A DNA stretch of 64,000 bases from Naegleria gruberi (Eukaryota): assembly GCA_000004985.1 (NCBI GenBank), contig GG738890.1. One strand, given 5' to 3'. Position 1 is the stretch's first letter. Every line of letters starts with the position of its first letter. Below, piece by piece: positions 21,269 to 31,653 of the stretch. Under the pieces are notes generated by a model. It was given only the letters and a program-made list of their open reading frames with translations. It had not been told where the DNA came from and did no database searches. A program made the translations under genes and the position numbers.

Positions 21269-23095
21269 TTAGAGAACAAAGTTCAAAATTGTAAAGAAAA
21301 CAAAGGCAACCATAGCATAATTGACGGTAGCAATTGAGCCATTATTTGTCTTCTTGGTTGTGGAGGCGACATAGTCGAAAACACGGTAAGTAAGGGATTG
21401 AATACTGTCTTTGACAGCCAAAGCACTTCTGATATTATTTCTACTTGAGTAGGAACTTTCAATAGTGAGGAAACATCTTCTGTCAGTATCATCTCTGATA
21501 GCCAATGGGAATCCAAAGTCGAATCCATAAGTGGTGTTAGCAGAGAAAAGCAAATCAGCATCGACACCTCCAGCTCTAACAGCTTGTCCAGAAACGAAAA
21601 TATTATCAGAGGTAGCATCTGTTCTGGAAGCATTTCTACAATCAGGATTTGATGGAATGGTTGCAAAGTTGGAGTAACAACACAAAATAACATTGTAAGG
21701 AATAATGCTTTGAGTAGCAAGTGAAGGAGCCAATGGAGATTCAACACGAATGTAAATGGTATCAGTTGGACCGAATTGAGTACGAACTTGAGTAAAGGCA
21801 CTATTTGCATAAGATAAGGCACTCGTACTAAATACCAATTCTTCCTCAATTGCAGGATATGGCACCAAATATTGGAGAGTGTAGGCAATACTGTATGTAT
21901 TTCCACCATTTGTTCTAAATGATAGAGAATAGTCGCCACCAAAGTTAGTTTCTGCAGTAATAACATTAGATTGCATGACAATTTGGTAGTACATGAAACC
22001 ACCAGAGAGACCAGTGAAAACAGCATCAGTAACAGTGAAAGCATAAGGTCCAGTAACAAACCAAGAGGTTGCATTTTGAGTGATGGTTGTCCATACTTCC
22101 AATCTAATTTCCAAACGATTCAAATCGTTAACAAAGATTCTCTTTGGTTTGAGGAAGGTATTTGGAGAGGATTGATCAAAGTTAATACGAGTAACTGCAA
22201 GAGTAATAGTCAAAATATAACGTTGTGTGAAAATTGTTTCGTAACAATTCTTTTGACTAGAACCTCCAGAAACAATATTGGTTTGAATCATGTAATCAGC
22301 AAACATAACAGCAACCAAGTCAACCACACCACCATTTGAAACCCATTGTACGTTTGGATTAGAAGTAAATTGATTCAAAGTCAAAACTTGTTGATAGACA
22401 TTGTACCAAGCAGTTGATGTAACGAGTACAAATCCATCTCTAATTAAATCATTGGACAAACAAGTATATTGCTTTGACAAACCAATATTGAAGAATACAC
22501 CTGTGGTTGAGTTATCACTGAATACACCTCCTGTCTTGAACATGGTAATTCTCAAAGTAACATTCAAAGTAGAAGGATTGACAGATGCTTCAAAAACTGG
22601 ACGAGGAGCACCAATGACATTTCTACTAAATGCAGTAAAGGTAATAGTTGCAGTTGATGCAGCACTAGTTACACCAAGAACAGGATCAAAAGCATTGAGA
22701 GTATAAGATGGAACAGCTAAATTACCAGGATGGATAAATCTCACATTACCCAAATTAATTTGATCTTGAGAAAATTGAGTTACTGGAGTGTATTGGTTTG
22801 TTCCAACTCTAACTTGAAATTGGCCGTTAGTAATAGAAAGCACATTGTAAACAATTCTGGCTGGTGAAGGTGATCCATTGAGTGTTGATGCTAATTCATT
22901 GCTTGTAATGGTAACATTATCACCATTGAACAAAGTTAGTCTATTGACAGTGATCACTAAACTTTGAGAGTATGCAAAGGAATGCAAAAGGAGAACTGAT
23001 AGCAATAAAGTCACAAGTGTTATTACTCTTGTTTTCATTCTTGATTTTTTTGATGATTTCGGTTGACTGTTGGTGAAGCAAAGCTTAAATACCAT
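21269..23095 (-). CDS. Secreted glycoprotein with a GPI-anchor-like hydrophobic C-terminus
   Basis: Signal peptide MKTRVITLVTLLLSVLLLHSFAYS, many N-x-S/T sites, C-terminal NGSIATVNYAMVAFVFFTILNFVL. Confidence 0.6.
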   Translation of the reverse strand: MVFKLCFTNSQPKSSKKSRMKTRVITLVTLLLSVLLLHSFAYSQSLVITVNRLTLFNGDNVTITSNELASTLNGSPSPARIVYNVLSITNGQFQVRVGTNQYTPVTQFSQDQINLGNVRFIHPGNLAVPSYTLNAFDPVLGVTSAASTATITFTAFSRNVIGAPRPVFEASVNPSTLNVTLRITMFKTGGVFSDNSTTGVFFNIGLSKQYTCLSNDLIRDGFVLVTSTAWYNVYQQVLTLNQFTSNPNVQWVSNGGVVDLVAVMFADYMIQTNIVSGGSSQKNCYETIFTQRYILTITLAVTRINFDQSSPNTFLKPKRIFVNDLNRLEIRLEVWTTITQNATSWFVTGPYAFTVTDAVFTGLSGGFMYYQIVMQSNVITAETNFGGDYSLSFRTNGGNTYSIAYTLQYLVPYPAIEEELVFSTSALSYANSAFTQVRTQFGPTDTIYIRVESPLAPSLATQSIIPYNVILCCYSNFATIPSNPDCRNASRTDATSDNIFVSGQAVRAGGVDADLLFSANTTYGFDFGFPLAIRDDTDRRCFLTIESSYSSRNNIRSALAVKDSIQSLTYRVFDYVASTTKKTNNGSIATVNYAMVAFVFFTILNFVL

Positions 23096-23776
23096 TTTGC
23101 CTGGAGCATATTACTATTTTCATCAAGGTCAGGTTTGGGAGATCTATATTATGGTGAATTGACCTTGAGAACGATTCTTTCCATTATTGTAAAATGTTAA
23201 TTTTTTGGTAATTTCCAAAAATGTATAAAATAGATATTTAGTTCAACTCTATTGTAATGAGGTAATAATATTCGTTCTAATTTCAATCTGATTGAATTAA
23301 ATGTTTTTGTAATCGATCCGTATGGTTTTCTCCAATACGTCTTAATAGGATTCATAAATTTCACGTATTATTAAATAATAAATAACTTCCTACAACCATC
23401 AATACATACAATCATCTATCGACTTGGATATGAACAATAAATAGCTGGTATCTTCAAAGTATTGTTTTAGGTGAGCGATTATTATTCTATATGTCCAGCT
23501 ATCAAGTACTTGGAAATGGTGATGATATAATTAATTAGTAACTAATAATCATCATCCGAAATACACCATCTCTAATACGGAGAGATTTCAATTCATTTTT
23601 TTTATTTTTTTTAGTTAATGAAAATTATTAATCTTTTTATTGAAGCTCTTTAAACTGGATAAAAAAGGCGGGAAAGTCATATCTTCTCTCCCTTAAAGTA
23701 AATTGACCAAAATAAGAAATATCAAAAGGAGAGAATTAATTTACCATCACTCTAATCCAATAATTTTCCAAAGAAA

Positions 23777-24070
23777 ATGAATCTATCACATTACTTTACC
23801 AACTCAACCAAGGATCGACAAATTCCTTCAGTCAACCCCAAACAAACAAAGAAGAAATCAAAGAAAGCTAAGAAATCTAATGCTGTCCCTGTGAAAGTTG
23901 AACATCAACAAGCACCAGTATTAATTCCACAACCCCATCATATAACTGAGTCAGTGATGATTTCTTCCACTCATCCAATTAATATGACTGGTGGTTATGG
24001 AATTCAAGATGTTATGATTCACAAACATATGAATAATTTGTATACTTATAATAATAATTCTGAGTTTTAA
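23777..24070 (+). CDS. Small basic hypothetical protein, 97 aa
   Basis: aaagaaaATG start with an A/T-rich flank and no recognisable domain. Confidence 0.35.
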   Translation: MNLSHYFTNSTKDRQIPSVNPKQTKKKSKKAKKSNAVPVKVEHQQAPVLIPQPHHITESVMISSTHPINMTGGYGIQDVMIHKHMNNLYTYNNNSEF

Positions 24071-24162
24071 ATTATTTTGTATATTTCAAAATAAAGTATA
24101 AAATTATTTCAGAAGTGTGTAAAGTGCAAAGTTGTAGAGAAAAAAAGTTGTAAAGGTGATGA

Positions 24163-25557
24163 TTATATACTTGTCTGGTTTTGAATATGAACATCTTCCA
24201 GGTCGATCATCTTGCCATTTCCTCTGGATTCTAAATAGTGGATGTGAGTTTCTGCTAATGTTTCGGTTAAATCATTTGCTAATTGTTGGAAAAGAGTTGG
24301 AGGGAGAAGATCAATTTCTTCAAATACATCTTCTCTATTATTGTAATTATCAATGATTCCTGAATCCACACTTGAAATTTCATAAGTATCCATTATTTCA
24401 ATTACAGTTTCGTATTTCAATCTTTCTAAATAACTAATTGCTTTTTCAATTTCATTATATGCTTTGGTAATTGATGTTTCATTTGGTCCAACCTCTTGCT
24501 TATCAAACAATTGATGTGCTATTTCGAATAGTTTCATCTGCATGTTCAAAGATTCATTGGAATAATCCTTGTAAAACTGAATTTTTTCCAAAAGTAGGAA
24601 TTCATTCAATAAATTACTATTTTGACATGAAAATTTGAATTTCATTCTAGAAAAATCATCACTCATAGTGTCCTTCATCAGAGAATTATTGGCATTGTGA
24701 AAATGAATCTTATTTCGTTTCTCATTTCGAATAGCAAAAACAAAGAGCAGAATTATTGTTGGAATTAACACGACAACACTCAAACAAATCAATGAAATGG
24801 ATACAATCAACGAATCCTTTCTCAAATAATCTGCTCTAGTTGAGATTAAACTTGCCGAATCCAAAAAATCAAACAACAACGCTTGAAATTCATTGAAATC
24901 TGTTGCATATCCAGGAGAATACAATTCATCTCTTGCTTCCTGTTGGAGAGTTTCGTTAAGATAAACATAAAGTGTTCCATTCACCGTAATAAATGAACAG
25001 GTTTTTTCAATCATGTGATCCCAATGTTTTTCAAATATTGGAAAGGTTTCTAATTTCCTTTCCAAAAATGGATGAGTGTATCCAACAGGAAACAGTTTGG
25101 CCATTTCAGCTATTGAACTATTCAAATAATTTCTATAGGGCAGATAATAGTAATAACCAGTTTGAATCGAATAGCCACCTCGATTTTCAATAGCCAACCG
25201 AATTAAATCTCTCAACACAACATAAACAGCATACAAATCAGTTCTCTTCCCCATCAAGTCAACCGAAGGAATTTCCTGAGCAAACTGATTAGGAATTGTA
25301 ATTAAACATATAATTGCAATTAAGATTGCAAAACTGAACAAAATAACCAAAATATTGCAAAAAGTAATAAAATTTTGACCTTTCTGTTCTCTGATTCGTT
25401 TCTTCTTCTTGTCGTCGTGAGAATTTGGTGCAGTTTCAATGTGTTTGATTGTGATGGATGGTTTGAAATCATTGTCATCATCATCTGCCTGCGCACTCAA
25501 GATATCATCGAGACCGAAAGTATCAGTGTTGTTGGGAGAGGTCAAGTCACTTTCCAT
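24163..25557 (-). CDS. Two-TM RGS-domain protein (TM1, ectodomain, TM2, RGS), paralog 2
   Basis: TM segments FITFCNILVILFSFAILIAIICLI and LIVSISLICLSVVVLIPTIILLFVFAI. RGS: FSRMKFKFSCQNSNLLNEFLLLEKIQFYKDYS...LFEIAHQLF. Confidence 0.7.
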   Translation of the reverse strand: MESDLTSPNNTDTFGLDDILSAQADDDDNDFKPSITIKHIETAPNSHDDKKKKRIREQKGQNFITFCNILVILFSFAILIAIICLITIPNQFAQEIPSVDLMGKRTDLYAVYVVLRDLIRLAIENRGGYSIQTGYYYYLPYRNYLNSSIAEMAKLFPVGYTHPFLERKLETFPIFEKHWDHMIEKTCSFITVNGTLYVYLNETLQQEARDELYSPGYATDFNEFQALLFDFLDSASLISTRADYLRKDSLIVSISLICLSVVVLIPTIILLFVFAIRNEKRNKIHFHNANNSLMKDTMSDDFSRMKFKFSCQNSNLLNEFLLLEKIQFYKDYSNESLNMQMKLFEIAHQLFDKQEVGPNETSITKAYNEIEKAISYLERLKYETVIEIMDTYEISSVDSGIIDNYNNREDVFEEIDLLPPTLFQQLANDLTETLAETHIHYLESRGNGKMIDLEDVHIQNQTSI

Positions 25558-25894
25558 TTTTTTTCAAAGATTGCGCAGGTCAGAGAGACCGAAACTTGGC
25601 GATTCTCATATCTGTTCAGATTCCAACAATGGAAGGCAATAAATTGAAGAAATTTACAATAGGTTTGTTGACAAGTTTCTGCATCATTGTATCCAGCTAT
25701 TGGAAACCAATTGCCTAAATTCAATAAATCTTCTGTACTAAAGGATCCATCAAATTGTCAATTGACTACAAATTTGGGAGATATCTAAACGAAAGGTATT
25801 TCATAATGCCGAATAAAAAGGGCACAAGATAACAATAACACCTACAAAAAAAATCAAACAAGTTCCTGGTTGACCACTCACTCAAAATCACATC

Positions 25895-27274
25895 ATGGAC
25901 ATTGTCTCGCAATACAAGCAGAAAACTACTGCTTCCATCAAATCGAAAAAGACACAAACATTATCTCAATATTCGAAACGTTCATTTATGCATGTCGAAT
26001 GTTGTGGAAAGATGGTCTTTAATTGTACAAGAATAATGTCTGTTCTTGCACTGATACTATTAATTATTGCATTTATTGTTGTAATTATTTACTCAATTAT
26101 GACGTATGCAGTTGTCAAGTGGCCTTTATCGACGGCTCTTATTGAAATTGGAAATTGTTATCATTATTACAATGAAATGATAATGACAGAGTATATTACA
26201 GTGTTTTCAATGAATGGAACTTATGCGAAAGAATACGAAACTGCAAAGAACTCACTCATTACTTCTCTCAATGTTGTCTTCTCTATTATTTCAAGTGCCA
26301 AGTTGACCAATTTGACCAATGCCAACGATATTCCAATATTCAAATTACAACAAGGTGTAGTCGATGCAATAGTTGCGAAAGATTATACCACTGCCAATGA
26401 ACTATTCAATCAACCAGAACATTTAGAAGGGATGGACACATTCCTGAGCTCATATGTTAATTTTTTGCAAGATATTAAGAATATTAGTGCAAATCAGGAT
26501 CAGACGATTCAAAGTTCAACCTCCACACAGATTATTGTGATTGCTGTTTGTCTTGCATTGACCTTACCGATTGTGTTATTCATTATTATCACATCAATCA
26601 GATCTCAACAGCTGTCCGCAAGAAAACTCAAAAATACTAGATCAATAATGGTGCTCAAAACCATGACAGATCCAGTTTTGAGATCTCTTTTCAATGAATT
26701 CTGCGTTGGTGAGACTGAACATCATTGTTTTGAATTTTTGGAAAGTGTTCAACTATTTAAGGAAAAGAAGGGAACCTATCAATCGACCATTCGTCAAATC
26801 ATGAAACAAGTTAAGGAGGGAAATTTCATAGATGATGATACCAGCTCTTCAGATACCAATACAGCAGTCACCACACGAACAGATTCCACAGAATTTGGTT
26901 CTATAGTTTCACTCAATGATCAGGAGCAAGCACTTCAAATCTATGAGCGATTCTTAGCTCCAAACAGTTCCAAACGAATCCATTTCAAAGGTTATTCGGG
27001 AATTCTATCTGTAATTCAATCAAAAGAATTAGCTGCTGATTTACAACATGTATTTGTGGATGCTCAGAAATTTGCAAGTGAACATCTCATTCCAGCTCAC
27101 AATTCCTTCTTGGGGAGTTTCACCAACATTACCTCTCATAAAATTGAAATGATGAATGAATTTAGAAAGAAATGGTTACATTTCAAATCCACTGAAACTT
27201 CCAAAAAGAGAAAAGATCCAACCAAATTCCAGCAACAATCTTCTGGTCAAACTGATTCAAAATTGATTCAATAA
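25895..27274 (+). CDS. Two-TM RGS-domain protein, paralog 3, head-to-head with 24163..25557
   Basis: TM segments MSVLALILLIIAFIVVIIYSI and IIVIAVCLALTLPIVLFIIITSI. RGS: LRSLFNEFCVGETEHHCFEFLESVQLFKEK...IYERFL. Confidence 0.7.
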   Translation: MDIVSQYKQKTTASIKSKKTQTLSQYSKRSFMHVECCGKMVFNCTRIMSVLALILLIIAFIVVIIYSIMTYAVVKWPLSTALIEIGNCYHYYNEMIMTEYITVFSMNGTYAKEYETAKNSLITSLNVVFSIISSAKLTNLTNANDIPIFKLQQGVVDAIVAKDYTTANELFNQPEHLEGMDTFLSSYVNFLQDIKNISANQDQTIQSSTSTQIIVIAVCLALTLPIVLFIIITSIRSQQLSARKLKNTRSIMVLKTMTDPVLRSLFNEFCVGETEHHCFEFLESVQLFKEKKGTYQSTIRQIMKQVKEGNFIDDDTSSSDTNTAVTTRTDSTEFGSIVSLNDQEQALQIYERFLAPNSSKRIHFKGYSGILSVIQSKELAADLQHVFVDAQKFASEHLIPAHNSFLGSFTNITSHKIEMMNEFRKKWLHFKSTETSKKRKDPTKFQQQSSGQTDSKLIQ

Positions 27275-27405
27275 ATATAAACAGTTTCACCAATAGCATA
27301 GAATTTATCCTCAATAATAAAGTAGATTGAATAAAATTAAATATCACACATTGGAAAGATGAGGGATTAAGGGACCACATTAAGTTAAAGATAAAACACA
27401 AAAAA

Positions 27406-27945
27406 ATGGCTTCAAAGGATATAGTGGTAAATACACCAAACACCTCTCCTTCGAATATGCTATCCTATGCCCGAGACAATATTACTAGCACTAATACAGT
27501 CATAGTTAAGAATCACTTCCAAATGGCAGATGAAAAACAAGAATTTGATACGCTTAGTGAGAATAACATCTTTGCACCACATTCAACTGATGAAAAAACA
27601 CTTTCTGAGCAAAATCCCAAACTTTTTGCCGAGTTTTGCATTGCTGTTCAAAACAAGTCCTATTCGTGTGAACTGAGGTCACTTGCTGTAAAAATATTGC
27701 TAAGGGTAAAGGCCTTTGAATATTTGGTTTCAGTGTACTGTTGGGAGGGAGAGAATCTTTTGGAAATTAGATATTTGAGCCAAGGATCAGATAGTCGAAG
27801 TGGTATTTATGTCCAATTTGAAGCTGATAAATCTAGTAACTCATTCACAGTGTTAGTAAATTTGGCTCATAAATTCCAACAATACAGTTTTAGAGAGGAA
27901 AATCAAGAAGAAATATTTGAATTCTTACAACATGCCCTCATTTAG
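27406..27945 (+). CDS. Hypothetical protein, 179 aa
   Basis: aaaaaaATGgct start and a clean ORF. Confidence 0.5.
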   Translation: MASKDIVVNTPNTSPSNMLSYARDNITSTNTVIVKNHFQMADEKQEFDTLSENNIFAPHSTDEKTLSEQNPKLFAEFCIAVQNKSYSCELRSLAVKILLRVKAFEYLVSVYCWEGENLLEIRYLSQGSDSRSGIYVQFEADKSSNSFTVLVNLAHKFQQYSFREENQEEIFEFLQHALI

Positions 27946-28513
27946 AATACTCTTTTCAGATCATATATCAAAATTGAATAAATAATGAAATTGGCGGGAA
28001 TGATGAACTTTAAAAAACAAAAAAAAAATAAAGGTATTATCTATTGTTTGGAGTGACCAATTAAGGGAGGATACGGTTTCTTTTACAGTATTCCAGAAAG
28101 GATCGTTAAGTTGGTGATTCCATGCTGCTAACGCAATATTGCTTGTGATGGTGGATGTAGAGTTGAACATTCTTAAAGCGGTGCACACTGGTTCAATCGT
28201 GTAGAGATAAGAGGGCATGGTGAGTCCTAATCCACCTTCAGCTTTGGAGCCGTAAATGACTGTTTTAGAGGTCATGTTGTCTAAGCCAACTGAGGTTCTA
28301 AGGTGTGTTCTGCGACTAGGACGTCCAGGTGTTGAAGGTCTTTCAGGTTGGCACCACCAAACAAGAATATTTTGGAAGTGACACTATTTTGGACATTGTG
28401 GTTGTGATAATGGTGTTCAGTTTGAGGTTTTTAGATTTCTTATTCGCCAAGCGTTCTTCAGCTTTAGGAGTTCATCTGATGTCCAGGCCCTTTACGATAA
28501 AAAACAAAAAAAA

Positions 28514-29397
28514 ATGGCAACAAAGGAACAAGTTCATGGGTGCATTATAAAGGGAGATGTTGAAGGTTTACGTAATTTGGGTGATTTATCAGCTGTGATT
28601 AACGAGACCATTCCGACAACATGTCCCGAAGGTGCTTATTCCTTGTTGTTTTCTGCTGCTGGATTTGATAATTTGGAAATTGTCAAAATATTGTTGGATA
28701 CACAAGGTATTGTTGTTGATCAAGGAGTAGGTTTGATTGTTTTTTGTAATTTTTGTGGATTTGAATTTGTTTTTAGCAAGTAAGTTTGATGGAAAATTGA
28801 AATTATTAAAGATCTATTGTAAAGTGGGTATGTTGAGTTGGATTGAAATATTAATGATTTGTGTTATAGTTTGTAAGTTGTTGTTGATTTCTTTGAATTT
28901 TGATTGGAACGTTTCAAGTCTGTAAGTTTTTGGGTTGAAGATTTGTTTCTAATGATTTTAGTTTGTAAGTTTCAGAAATTATGAGATGGTTTATTAATTT
29001 TAATAGGGAAATGTAAGTACTGCTCAATTATTTCATAATTTTAACTAATTTAATTTAGGAAGTAAGTTTAATTTGAAAATAATCGTGAAATAGTTACTTT
29101 GTTTAGGATGTAAGTTGACAAGCTCACTAAATTCTCATTCAGATTTGTTACAAGTTTGTAAGTAATCGCAATGCAATTACCTTCTTAAACTCAAATCAAA
29201 CAGTATGAGGTGAGTATTTATTGAGCATAAATATAGAACATGATAAGTCTCCTCTCTATAATTCATTGAGAAGAAAAAACTTTGCACTTGCTAAACTTTT
29301 ACTTCGTGCTGGAGCTACAATTGATTCCAGTGTCAGATCCTTTATAGATATTGATATTGATAAATTGAATGAGGAAGCTTTGGCAGAATCTAACTAG
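28514..29397 (+). CDS. Small ankyrin-repeat protein, 2 exons (28514..28726 and 29248..29397) separated by a 521-nt intron
   Basis: Exon 1 ends ...GIVVDQG before GTAGGT. Exon 2 begins SPLYNSLRRKNFALAKLLLRAGATID, and the junction restores the ANK consensus (G-SPL...A..LL..GA). Both exons are phase 0. Confidence 0.45.
28780..29247 (+). repeat. Tandem array of about ten ~48-nt units, each beginning GTAAGT (one GTGAGT) and ending AG, inside the ankyrin-gene intron
   Basis: GTAAGT at 28780, 28873, 28922, 28965, 29013, 29062, 29110, 29158 and GTGAGT at 29210. Spacing is 43-53 nt. Each unit ends in tag/cag/aag followed by 3-6 nt before the next GTAAGT. Confidence 0.7.
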
Positions 29398-29451
29398 TTG
29401 TCATTCATTACCTAGTTTGTCTAGATTTGAATAATGCTCAATAAAGTTTAT

Positions 29452-31134
29452 TTAGTTTCTCTTTTCATAATCAAATATGTATGGTTCAAGAACGGTTCTT
29501 GTAACAATGTATGTTTCCTTGATCTTAGCTTGTTGTTCCTTTAAATGTTCTGGAACCTTAATTCTATATTGTTTCAACAAATAGACAAGGATTAATTTGA
29601 TTTCCAATAAAGCCATTCTACGTCCCAAACAATCTCTTGGTCCAATCGAGAATGTGATCAACTCGTCTTTTTGGAAATCCATCGATAAATTACCCATAGT
29701 TCCCTTATCCATCTTATCTTCCTCTGTTTCAATCTTTTCTGGATTGAAGAAACGATCGAATTTGAAATCATCCATAGCATTATTATGAGAAAGCTTATGT
29801 TGTGCATATAATCCCACATTAACAACAGTTCCTTCCTCAAAGAATTGTCCACCAACTGTTTCACCTCCCTTCTTGGTAATGACTCTTGTGGCACCACCAA
29901 CTGGAATCTTGACACGGAATGCTTCCTTCATGAATGAGGTCAAGTATGGAAGCTTTTCAGTGATATCTTCAAATTTAATAGAGTCAAGTGATGGAATATC
30001 TCTATCAATTTCCTCAATTAACTTTTCTTGAATTTCTGGATTTGTGGCCAACAATCTCAACATGAAATTCAAGGATGTTGAACTAGTTTCAAATCCAGCA
30101 AAGAAGATAATGAAAATGGCACTGACTAATTCATCATTGGACAAACGTTCCTCCTCTGACAATTTCAAAGTATTGGCACTCTTCAATAATAAACTCAATA
30201 AATCTTCATCATCTTTAACTTGATGATCGAGTTCAGCTTCCTTAGTCTTTTTGAGAACCATTGTCATGGCAGTATCTCTGAATCTATTTTTGGCATCTTT
30301 AAATCTTTTGAAAATACCAAATGGAACAATTTCGAATAGATATTCAGGGAAGACGAATTTGTACATTAATCCAGTTAGTAAATCAGAAATCCAACCATGG
30401 ACTTCATCTCTGTGTTCTGGAGTCTTGTCAAAAATTTCAATATCATAATCAAAAGCAACTCTGTTAATGACAGTTAAAGTGACTGATTTCAATTCTTGAG
30501 TTGTGTTAACATTTCTAATATTTCCATTCTTGTCTGCATCATAATATTTAGTCCAAAATTGAATCATTTTTGGCAATTCTTCCATTGTAACTCTGAAAAC
30601 ATTTCTCAAATGTGAAACATTACTAAAGATTGGATTAGACAATGTTCTATGCTTTTTCCAAAGTGGATTATTCGAATCTGCAGAGAATACATTAGGTCCA
30701 AACAATCCAACAGGTGCCAAGAATTCACCCTTTCCAACAGTTCTATACTTTCTAATAAGAACTTCCTTGATCATTTCCTTATCCTTTGCAATGGTGAAAT
30801 AAACATCTGGTCCTTGTTGAATTTTAATCATTGCCTCATTTGGATATTTCTGAAATGCCTTCATTCCACACAAATAACCATGAAAGACGAACATTTCTCC
30901 ATCAATGAGTGAATCAATAAACGAAGGAAAGAATGAAACATATCCAGGAATGTGTCGATACTTGAAATAAGTTCTCAAGAATCGGAGAATATAGGTAATC
31001 AAATAAATAATCAATAAACATGACGAGATGGAAATCAATTGCAAAAATCCAAACCCATTTTCATCACCAAACAATGCACGAATTAGAAATGATCCTCCAC
31101 CATCATCAGATGCAACAATATTTGAAGTAGTCAT
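29452..31134 (-). CDS. Cytochrome P450 monooxygenase
   Basis: Heme-binding loop FSIGPRDCLGRRMAL (FxxGxRxCxG), I-helix AGFETSS, EXXR motif, N-terminal membrane anchor. Confidence 0.85.
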   Translation of the reverse strand: MTTSNIVASDDGGGSFLIRALFGDENGFGFLQLISISSCLLIIYLITYILRFLRTYFKYRHIPGYVSFFPSFIDSLIDGEMFVFHGYLCGMKAFQKYPNEAMIKIQQGPDVYFTIAKDKEMIKEVLIRKYRTVGKGEFLAPVGLFGPNVFSADSNNPLWKKHRTLSNPIFSNVSHLRNVFRVTMEELPKMIQFWTKYYDADKNGNIRNVNTTQELKSVTLTVINRVAFDYDIEIFDKTPEHRDEVHGWISDLLTGLMYKFVFPEYLFEIVPFGIFKRFKDAKNRFRDTAMTMVLKKTKEAELDHQVKDDEDLLSLLLKSANTLKLSEEERLSNDELVSAIFIIFFAGFETSSTSLNFMLRLLATNPEIQEKLIEEIDRDIPSLDSIKFEDITEKLPYLTSFMKEAFRVKIPVGGATRVITKKGGETVGGQFFEEGTVVNVGLYAQHKLSHNNAMDDFKFDRFFNPEKIETEEDKMDKGTMGNLSMDFQKDELITFSIGPRDCLGRRMALLEIKLILVYLLKQYRIKVPEHLKEQQAKIKETYIVTRTVLEPYIFDYEKRN

Positions 31135-31310
31135 TTATATATTGGATGGTAAAATTGTTGTCCAATAGTAACGAACGGGATTTTTTTTTCAAATTGGTTT
31201 TGCCACTTGAAGTGGATGGGATTTGTCCAAGTTGAAGAATTGAGTGGCGTAGGACTACTGATGGATTAAGCGCGATAGGATCTCCTCTAAAGAAAAAGCA
31301 AAGAAAAAAT

Positions 31311-31401
31311 TGATGAGTGTGGGATTTGAACCCACGCCCTTGCGGAACACGGTATTAATCATACCTTAACGTGTCGTCTTAGACCACTCGACCAACTCAC
31401 C
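31311..31401 (-). tRNA. tRNA-Leu (anticodon AAG), type II with long variable arm, containing an 11-nt intron 3' of the anticodon
   Basis: Acceptor GGTGAGT/ACTCATC, D-arm GTC-GAGTGGTCTAA-GAC, anticodon stem ACACG/CGTGT, loop TTAAGG[tatgattaata]C, variable arm TCCGCAAGGGC, T-arm GTGGG-TTCAAAT-CCCAC. Confidence 0.8.
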
Positions 31402-31653
31402 GTTACAAATTATAAAAACATACTTTATTATGAGTGAAACGAAAGCAACTGCCCCAACGTGGTTAGAGAAAACTATCGTACATGATATAATTCATCTAAC
31501 ATAACTAGCCATTCATTCTTGATCCTCCATTTCCACATATCAAAATGCTTAGTATTTATTGATTGAAAATTAAAAAAGTTGTATGGATTCTGAAATTCTT
31601 AAAGTCACCTAATATCAAAATAGGTTTATTTCCAAAAGATTACTTAAAAAAAA

